DNA of 16,185 nt. It comes from a bacterium. GTDB taxonomy: Bacteria; SAR324; NAC60-12. The position numbers and the translations under genes are program-made. Every line of letters starts with the position of its first letter. Position 1 is the first letter of the stretch. Below, piece after piece: positions 8,044-16,185 of this stretch. The notes beneath the pieces are model-generated. The model was given only the letters and a program-made list of their open reading frames with translations, did no database searches and was not told where the DNA came from. The stretch is from the NCBI GenBank assembly GCA_965205865.1, contig CBDBHR010000001.1, forward strand, positions 1-16,185, given 5' to 3'.

Positions 8044-8369
8044 ACGGAAGGGCAATGGGGAATTTGGAAAATCATGGGCGTCCGAGTGCGTCCTTGTTTC
8101 GTTCATTGTTTATAAGGAGAACACTATGTGGAAATCACGTAAGCAGAAAATGAATTTTTATTCCTTCAACCTAAATAAAAAAAAAGGAGAAGTTATGCAT
8201 GCCACTAAAAATAAGAGGAGCAATGTTATGGAAACGAAATCACTTTCGAAATCCCTTAAAAATCTGAATAGTTACTTTTTTATTTTCTTACTTGGACGCA
8301 TCATGAATAAGAGATTTAGTTTTACATGACTTTCGGCTATATCAAAAATATACGAAATTTAAATGTCCA

Positions 8370-11300
8370 TTAGTTCAAGACAAATTCGTAAACCACCCCG
8401 CTGGAGTACCTGATTTTTAGGGCGTTAAGCTTCGATAAGCCCTTCTGTAATTTATTCATAAACTGAGGATCTTTTTCATTTTTGTTGATGACAATTTTTC
8501 GACGATCCGGGAGATGTTCAATTCTTCCTGATAAAAATAAGATGGACTGGATCAAGGTATTCATTTCTATGGGCGTATGATCTAAAATTTCCTTTGCCAG
8601 AAAAACGAGAAGATTTGCCAGCGTTAGTCGAAAACTGGTCATTAGTTGGTCGAGTTCAACATCGACATGGTAAACTTTCCGTTTACCCTGGATACGCGCG
8701 AATTCTTTGCTCTTTTGCCGTAGAGTCTGAAACTGTTTTTTGAAGGCTTCTTCTATCGTCTTTATTTGACGTTGAATCCTTCGGATATCCTTCTGACAAG
8801 ATTCAAGATTTTCCTGATTTCGTTGAGATTGATCCCGTTGGCCTTTTTTGTTAATTGTGCTTCTTTCTTTAAATTGACGTTCTTTCTCAAATAAATCCTG
8901 GAGTTTCTTCTCCTCGACTGTAATTCTCGAAAGCGGAATTTTTAATTCCTGCCGCAGTTTTCGCAAGTCGGTTTGAAGTTTTTCGATTTTTTCTAAAGTA
9001 TTTTCATCCGGCAAAAGTTTTTTCCCATAACCCACCACTTGACTAAAACAGGTCGCGGCCTTCATCAGGGCATATTGTTTTTCGCAATAGGGCCAACGAT
9101 CAAAATAAGCCTTGACCACTTCTGAAGCATAAAAGAGGTTTGAGGGGATACTGGTGACTAAACAGCATTCTTTACCATTATCCCACTGAACCCGCAGCGC
9201 GCGGCTCTCGTAGAGATAGCCTGATTCTTTTGAGTCCATTAACTCGATGCGGCAATCAATCAGGAAGGCTTCACCGTACTGATAACGTTGCGGCGCTTTC
9301 AGATGCTTAAATTTGCGATCTACTATCTGATTGGTATCGAGAATGGTAATATAATGATAGTCCGATTCTGAAAAAGCTCTCAGTGTTTGAACAGCATTGC
9401 CCGCCCCATCAATGATCAATGCGCGGCTGCCAGGTGATTCTTTAGCGCGGGACTCTCGTTTTTTATTTAAAACGATGTCCAATTCATCCATCGTCCGCAG
9501 CGCATTTTCTCGTAAGTCCGCATGGCCAGAAAAGGTTCGCAGATAAAGTGGCCGGCCATGGCCATCATGGATCACCACTTGTTCGATACATCCCATCACG
9601 CGGCCCATCATCGTCACTTTACCTTTGCGGCAGCGTTTGGAGGACCACAAAGGTTTAACATTACCATCGATATAATAACAGGCCACTTTGTGATCCGGAG
9701 CATCATATTGTTGCCAAAATTGATGCCAAAACCGAGCGTTGCAGTTAATCAAGTCTGCCGAGACTTGAACCTAAGTTGAGCGATTCGTAATAAAAAAAGC
9801 TCCCAACCTTGGGAAAAATGTGTTATATTTCAGTGGTTAAAATAAAAAAATTCACAAAATCTAACACAACCCAACAGGTAGAGAGCTTTATGGGAAAAAA
9901 TATAACAGTTCAGGATAAAAAGAAACAGATAATTGATGCCATTCAGCCAACCGATGAACACTTGACAAGTCGTGCCGGATTGGCCTTGTTTGCCCAGTAT
10001 CTGCAAAGCATTCGGCTGATGCCGATCATCGAAAGGTTGTTTGGTTCGATGCGTAAAAATAAAAAAGGAATTGCTGTCTCTGATTTTTTTGTGCAGATCC
10101 TCTGTTTTTTCATGGACGGCAGCAGCCGTCATCTCAGTTGGTTCGATCACCTCAAAAGGGGCGAGGGTTATGCCGCCTTGCTGTCATGCAGTGAGCAAGA
10201 CCTTGCCTCCTCGCATGCCGTGAAAAGATTTTTTGGAAAGTTCTCTTTTGTACGAGTCTACCTGTTTCGTCATCTGCTGCAGATACTGTTTATCTGGAGA
10301 CTGAAGAAGACTTGTCCAACGGTGATTGTGTTGGGTCTGGATTCGATGGTACTTGATAATGATGATGCCCTGAAACGCCATGGTGTCCAGCCGACTTACA
10401 AGATGGTCAAAGGATTTCATCCCCTGCAGATGAATTGGGGTCGTTATATGGTTGACGCAGTTTTTCGCGGAGGTAGCAAACATTCGAATCACGGGAAAAC
10501 TGTTCAGAATATGCTGGTTCATATCGTGAAAAGGATTCGCCGCCAATACCGAGATGATGTACCAATCATGGTGCGCATGGACACCGGTTTTTTTGACGAA
10601 AAAATCTTTGAAACCTGTGAACGACTGAACATCGGTTAGCTGAAGCGGAGGAAAGTCCTATGCCAATGTGAGGAATGCTGCGGAAGAAGCCACTGACTGG
10701 CAGACCTTCACTTCATCGGGCAAGAAGGAGATCTGGCAGTACACCGAGTTTAAGAGCCAGCAGGGGACATGGAAGAAGGCTCGTCGCACGATCTACAGCC
10801 GCTTGATTGAACACGATAGCCAACTCTCTTTGCCGGGTTTGGATCATGATGGCGTGATCATTACGAACCTTGGTATGGGAGAGGCCATTGATGGCCAACT
10901 CAGCCAAGCCGCTGAAGAAAAGCGCATCGATGCTCATAGCATCCTTGGCTCGTACCACGGACGGGGAAAGGATGAACTGGCCAACCGGGCGCTGAAAAAC
11001 TTTGGTCATCAACAACTTCCCTTCAAGGACTTCATTTCCAATACCGCATGGTACTATCTGATGCTGCTTGGCAATAACCTCTTCGAATCCTTCAAAGAAG
11101 ATGTCAGCAAGCCAGTGATTGCGGTAACGATGTATGCTGATACCTTCCGGCGCCAGTTTCTTGATACGGCAGGCAAACTGGTTCGTCATGCCGGAAAACT
11201 GATCTTGAAAATACCAAAAAAGACCTTTGAGCGCTTGCAATTGGACCAACTATTTGCCACCTGCCAGCACGCATTGGCGCCAATCTGATCAACGGGTTTC

Positions 11301-12370
11301 GCTTCAATTAAAAAACAAAAACATTAAAGTTTAAGGGGATAAGTGCGTCCAAAACATGAGAAATGAAGACCTTCCACATCTGAAAACAGCATTTTGATGC
11401 TCATTCTCACTCAAACATCCATGGATTTGATGATCAAAATCTGATTTCAGAATGATTGCCTTTCTCAGGCAAAAAAATCATCTTGAAAATCTGATCCTTT
11501 TTTAGAATCGCTCAATTTGGGTTGAAGATACTTGAGTTCTCTGAGGTATTTGTCCAGGGTGGCATTTTTATAATTGTACCCACAGGCGTATCGTAAAGCA
11601 TTCCCTAAGGGGGTATTCACATGACGCATGGCACCGTTATTGGTGACTAAAGGTAAAAACAAGAGGGCTAAATTTTTTCGCTTTAAATTCTCGGCTTTTA
11701 ATTGAGAAAGGGTGAATCTACTGAAATCTTTATCTTTGACTTTATCGGTGATCGAGGCAAACTTGGTATGACGAACGCTGGCCAGACGATTGTAGCGGGC
11801 AGAGAAGGTGCCATCACGATGACGGGCTCGGATATGATCTCCGCCTTTATTGGCTTTTGGCGATGGCGTTTCTTGGACTTGTTGTAAACGTTGTTGAATC
11901 GTAATATTCCAATGCTCGAGAAGACCAACATATTGCGCTAAGGCTGAAAAAATTTCAATACCGGCAAACGGGAGTGTTTCCTGCTGAATCGTTTGTGACT
12001 TAATGCGCGTTAAATTAAACTCTTGTCGGATTTGCTCAATACGACGTTGGCCTACCGTAATTCCCCATTGATTTTGCAATTCATCTTGTAATGATTGGGA
12101 CGTTAGGTTGCGATTATAGGCCAAGGTTCCATGAACCAAACTGATCTCGTCGGGTTTAATTTTTCGTGCGTTACCGACCTGACGCTGATCGGCAAGACCA
12201 GCTACGCCTTGCTGCGTATAGCGTTTCTTTAAGCGACTATACTGCCTCATACTGATAGGAGTTTGGTGGTTTTGAAAATATTCTTTCACAGAGAGAACTG
12301 ACTCTTCAACCTTTTTAAAGAGTTTAAGAATTTCTGCTAGTCTTTCTTTTTCTTTTTTGATAGTTCTCAA
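8370..12370 (-). pseudogene. Large (~747 aa reconstructed) DDE transposase interrupted by IS1380 copy 2
   Basis: Joining 12370-11522 to 9764-8370 is in frame (RELKYLQ|VSADLINCNARFW). It has an N-terminal HTH-like region, YYIDG, LIIDGAG, YFDRWPYCEKQY (YREK-like) and a long coiled coil. Confidence 0.85.
9770..11521 (+). mobile_element. IS1380-family element, copy 2, 1752 bp, 5-bp TSD TTGAA; transposase (~9890-11288) broken at ~10637-10645
   Basis: IRs as in copy 1, with TTGAA at 9765-9769 and 11522-11526. GGTTAGCTGAAGCGG replaces the GGTTATCTCTGCGG of copy 1, giving a stop plus a frameshift. Confidence 0.94.
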
Positions 12371-12662
12371 CGAAATCGCCTTGGGCTTAAGGTTTTATTT
12401 CACCTGGCATACGGCGATTATATCGAGAAGTTAAGAAAAATGACACTTAAATTTCGCTAATATTTATTTAGCCGAAAGTCATGTAATACTGGATCGGTCC
12501 ATTTTTTTGTCTTCAATCGAAACTCGAGACTTGCCATATGGATGTGATTGATCTCACTTTTATACCTCTCAAAGCTATATCGAGCAAATATTTGTTCCTT
12601 GCTCTACTTCCGGATTGACGGATCTGTTTGCGGATTGTTCCGTAGATTACGAAGGAACTGAC

Positions 12663-15600
12663 ATGCCCGGACAATTGTTCACCCATTATTTCCTCACTGA
12701 CGGAATCAAAACCACTGTCGAGTGGCAGGAGTCGGTCAAAAACCCTCAGCGATTCGAGACATTTCGAAAAGAAATCTCAACGCGATTGGAATCCTTCACT
12801 GCGTACATCGAACCCAACGAGGCCGTCACTGAGCAGGAACTCATCCGACCCATGCTCGATCTGCTCGGCTGGCAGGACTACCTCCCACAGCAGAGCGTCT
12901 CCGGCGGCGAAGACATACCCGATAACCTGCTGTTCGAGGATGCCGACTCCAAGACCCGCGCCGCCTCCCGTACCGACCCCGAGGCTCGCTTTCACGACGC
13001 GCTGCTCGTGCAGGAAAGCAAGCGATTCGGCCTCCCTCTCGACTCCCGTGACAGCAGCGACCAATCCCAGCGCAGTTCACCACACGCGCAGATCCTGCGC
13101 TACCTGCAGACCGCCGATACCGTTTCCGAGGGGCGCATCCGATTCGGCATACTCACCAACGGTTCCGACTGGCGTCTGTACGACCAACCCGCCCGTCCAC
13201 GAGCCAGTGGCTATTTCGAGGCCGATATTCGCACGATGCTCGACGACGAAAACGTGAATGACCTCCGCGCGTTCTACCTGCTCTTCCGCCGGCAGTCGTT
13301 TATTCCCCGACCTGGCGCAACAGCGACCTTCAACGAGTCCGCGCTTACCGAAGGCCGACGCTACGAGGAGCAGGTCGCCCAGGATCTCTCAATCGTCGTT
13401 TTCGATCGCGTCTTCCCGAACTTGGTCGACGCCTTGGCAAAAGCAGTGGTCGTTGGTCAATGGCCAATGATCAGAGAAGAGAATAACAGAGGACCGGCCC
13501 TGCAAGAAATCCGCGACGCGGCCCTGATTTTTTTGTACCGTCTGCTCTTCATTCTCTACGCCGAGGACAGGGGCTTGTTGCCTGTCAATGACTCGCGCTA
13601 CGACGACTACGGACTGCGTAAGCGGGTGCGTGACGACGTTGCGAGCAGGACGGCAGAAGAGGACACTTTCTCCGAGGTGGCAAACAACTACTACAACCGA
13701 CTGCTCGAACTGTTCCACCTGATCGACAAGGGCGACTCTTCCATCGGTCTGCCACCCTACAACGGTGGTCTTTTCGCTTCTGAAACCGCTCCCCTACTGG
13801 AAAAAGTCCGCCTCGCGGACGATAAAATCGCTCCCATCATCTACGACCTGAACCACACGGATACGAATAAAACGCGCCACTTCGTCAATTACCGCGACAT
13901 GTCGGTGCAGCAACTCGGCTCGATCTACGAGCGGCTGCTGGAACGCGAACCAGCTTTCGATGCGGACGGCAATGTCTCCATCCGTCCCAACTCCTACGCC
14001 CGCAAGGACAGTGGCAGTTTCTACACGCCTCAGGAACTGGTGGACCTGATTGTCGACCGTACTTTGAAGCCGCTGGCGGAAGAACGTCTGAAGGCTTTCG
14101 AAGACAAAGCCTTTGCGCTCAAAAGTGATCGGCGTCCCAAGCCCCAGCGTCTGGCCGAACTGAAAAAGCTCGACCCGGCTGAATCCGTCCTGGATCTCAA
14201 AGTGCTGGACCCGGCCATGGGCAGTGGACACTTTCTCGTCACTGCCGTGGACTTTCTTTCCGATTATATTGCCGGGTTGATCGAGTATCTACCTGCCGTG
14301 CCCGATTGGTTGGACAGCGCGTATGTCTCGCCGCTGGTGGAGCGCATCTTGGCCATCAGGCGCGACATCATCCACAGGGCCAGGGAAGCGAACTGGGTCT
14401 TGAACGAGGCGCAACTGACGGATCAGGCTATCATCCGTCGCATGGTGCTCAAGCGTTGTATCTACGGCGTCGATAAAAACCGCATGAGCGTCGAGTTGGC
14501 CAAGGTTTCCCTCTGGTTGCACAGCTTCACCGTCGGCGCCCCCTTGTCTTTCCTTGATCATCACTTGCGTTGTGGCGATTCGTTGATCGGTCTGCGCGTT
14601 TCGCAGGCAACCAATGACTTACGGAATATTGCCGAACTGATTCTCTCAAGCGCTATAGCTGGAGCTGAGACTGCCACTGATGGAATGCGACTTATCGAAG
14701 AACTATCCGATGCCGACATTGCAGAAGTGCGACAATCAGCGACGCTTTTCGAGGGTGTCGATAAGACAACGGCGGAGTTACGCGGATTGCTCGATTTCCT
14801 TTGCGGCTTTCGATGGCTGACCACGGGTCTGAAAAAGAAAGAACGCGACGACGTTGAGACGCAACAATTGATTGAACCAATTGCTCAGTATACGGATAAA
14901 AGCTTTGCTCTCCTCTCCCATGGTCCGGAAGTCATCGAGGCAGAGTCGTCGGGTGAGGGCGACACTCCATTGTCGAGGTTTGCCAGCTTGTGGCAAAAGG
15001 CTCGCTTCATTGCCGACCGTGAGGAATTCCTGCACTGGGAGGTCGCTTTTCCTGGAGTGTGGCGATATTGGCAGAACAAACGCCCTCAGGGTGGTTTTGA
15101 CGCCGTCATCGGTAATCCACCGTGGGACCGCATCAAGTTGCAGGAGGTGGAATGGTTTGCCACTCGCGTCCCTGAATTGGCCCACGCCGCCACTGCCGCT
15201 GCGCGGAGAAGCGGTATTCAGCAATTACGTCATCAGGGAGATCCTCTTGCAGAGGATTTCGACTTGGCGAAAGAGCGGGCGGATAAGTTGGGCCAATGGA
15301 TTCGCGCCTCCGGCAACTATCCGTTGCTGGGTGGAGGCGACATCAACCTCTACTCTCTCTTCGTGGAGCGAGCCATGAGCCTCGTCAAACTCGACGGCAT
15401 CGTCGGTCTGCTCACGCCATCCGGTATCTACGCCGATAAGACTGCTGCCCAATTTTTCAAATCGGTGTCCACCGCAGGACGTATTGCCGGCTTGTTTGAT
15501 TTCGAGAATAAGAAAATTTTCTTCAAGGACATTCATGCTTCTTTCAAGTTTTGCGCATTGATATTCGGTGGTGAGCAGCGACGCTTCGACGAGGCGAGCT

Positions 15601-16185
15601 GCGCTTTTTTCCTGCGCGACACCGCAACCATCAACGACCCCGATCGCTGCTTCCCGCTCTCACCGGAGGACTTCGCTCGAGTCAACCCCAACACCGGCAC
15701 TGCGCCCGTTTTCCGTACCCGTCGCGATGCCGAAATCACTCGTCGTATCTACGAAAATCATCCGGTTTTGGTGGATCGTTCAGGAGATATAGAGCGTAAG
15801 GTTTGGCAGATTAAATATCGTCAGGGATTGTTCCATTCGCTTAACGATTCGGCGCTATTTCATACGGCGGAGCAGTTGGAGAGCGATGGATTTTACCCTG
15901 TTAAAAGCAATCGCTGGAAGAAGCGTAACGAGTTATACCTGCCACTGTTTGAAGGTAAGACAGTCCAGGCATTCGACCATCGTGCTGCTTCAATCTCCAC
16001 TCATGGTGAAAACCTGTTTAGACCGGGCCAACCGGTACCAACCCTTATAGAACAGCACCAAGATCCCTATTTCACTGCGATGCCTCGCTTTTGGGTTAAT
16101 CAGCAAGAGAGAACAGCGACTCAGCATGAACAATACTTGTTGACATTTAAGGAAATTACAGCCGCGACAAATGTACGCACAATGA
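12663..16185 (+). CDS. Type IIG (Eco57I-like) fused restriction endonuclease / N6-adenine methyltransferase, >1170 aa, runs off the right edge
   Basis: AAGGA RBS, then MPGQLFTHYFL. In one frame: PD..QESK nuclease motif, ILTNG.DWRLY, LYRLLFILYAEDRGLLP, LGSIYE, GSFYTP (14013), LDPAMGSGHFL (14205), GNPPW (15111) and TRD-type FKEITAATNVRTM at the edge. Confidence 0.93.
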   Translation, partial: MPGQLFTHYFLTDGIKTTVEWQESVKNPQRFETFRKEISTRLESFTAYIEPNEAVTEQELIRPMLDLLGWQDYLPQQSVSGGEDIPDNLLFEDADSKTRAASRTDPEARFHDALLVQESKRFGLPLDSRDSSDQSQRSSPHAQILRYLQTADTVSEGRIRFGILTNGSDWRLYDQPARPRASGYFEADIRTMLDDENVNDLRAFYLLFRRQSFIPRPGATATFNESALTEGRRYEEQVAQDLSIVVFDRVFPNLVDALAKAVVVGQWPMIREENNRGPALQEIRDAALIFLYRLLFILYAEDRGLLPVNDSRYDDYGLRKRVRDDVASRTAEEDTFSEVANNYYNRLLELFHLIDKGDSSIGLPPYNGGLFASETAPLLEKVRLADDKIAPIIYDLNHTDTNKTRHFVNYRDMSVQQLGSIYERLLEREPAFDADGNVSIRPNSYARKDSGSFYTPQELVDLIVDRTLKPLAEERLKAFEDKAFALKSDRRPKPQRLAELKKLDPAESVLDLKVLDPAMGSGHFLVTAVDFLSDYIAGLIEYLPAVPDWLDSAYVSPLVERILAIRRDIIHRAREANWVLNEAQLTDQAIIRRMVLKRCIYGVDKNRMSVELAKVSLWLHSFTVGAPLSFLDHHLRCGDSLIGLRVSQATNDLRNIAELILSSAIAGAETATDGMRLIEELSDADIAEVRQSATLFEGVDKTTAELRGLLDFLCGFRWLTTGLKKKERDDVETQQLIEPIAQYTDKSFALLSHGPEVIEAESSGEGDTPLSRFASLWQKARFIADREEFLHWEVAFPGVWRYWQNKRPQGGFDAVIGNPPWDRIKLQEVEWFATRVPELAHAATAAARRSGIQQLRHQGDPLAEDFDLAKERADKLGQWIRASGNYPLLGGGDINLYSLFVERAMSLVKLDGIVGLLTPSGIYADKTAAQFFKSVSTAGRIAGLFDFENKKIFFKDIHASFKFCALIFGGEQRRFDEASCAFFLRDTATINDPDRCFPLSPEDFARVNPNTGTAPVFRTRRDAEITRRIYENHPVLVDRSGDIERKVWQIKYRQGLFHSLNDSALFHTAEQLESDGFYPVKSNRWKKRNELYLPLFEGKTVQAFDHRAASISTHGENLFRPGQPVPTLIEQHQDPYFTAMPRFWVNQQERTATQHEQYLLTFKEITAATNVRTM

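Larger units (their letters stand above)
8322..12486 (-). mobile_element. Unclassified IS (~2.4 kb without the nested IS1380) with long imperfect terminal IRs
   Basis: TTACATGACTTTCGGCTA (8322-8339) and TAGCCGAAAGTCATGTAA (12469-12486) match perfectly over 18 bp. The match extends imperfectly to ~45 bp (CGAAATTTAA.TGTC). Confidence 0.85.

Noticed and set aside
7865..8329. 154-aa ORF as a real protein
   Set aside because: Its 5' half is made of a REP-like palindrome and a tandem repeat, with no recognisable domain.
11465..11521. C-terminus PKLSDSKK.. of the 301-aa ORF
   Set aside because: It is read-through into the IS1380 right end.
12777..15792. Many short ORFs in the track
   Set aside because: They are shadow frames of the GC-rich type IIG gene.
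1..16185. Complete integron
   Set aside because: No integron integrase in the window, only isolated attC sites in opposite orientations.

Overview
A decaying mobile-element and defence island. From left to right it holds: the 5' end of an XRE regulator gene; a frameshifted IS91/ISCR-like rolling-circle transposase; a 1.44-kb segment bounded by a perfect 22-bp inverted repeat that carries an intact antitoxin-mazF pair built like an integron cassette (own promoter, downstream attC); scraps of vapBC, iolD and an SDR gene; and a family-5 ABC substrate-binding gene split by an IS5-family element. Next come a second attC in the opposite orientation, followed by a second copy of the TA-cassette promoter leader and a defective IS1380. 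A promoter then precedes a C4/CI-like structured RNA candidate. An unclassified ~2.4-kb IS with a ~747-aa DDE transposase follows, itself interrupted by a second IS1380 (5-bp TSD). The window ends in a GC-rich type IIG restriction-modification gene that starts at 12663, runs off the right edge and is absent from the ORF track. No integron integrase is visible. All calls come from reading the sequence; no database searches were run.
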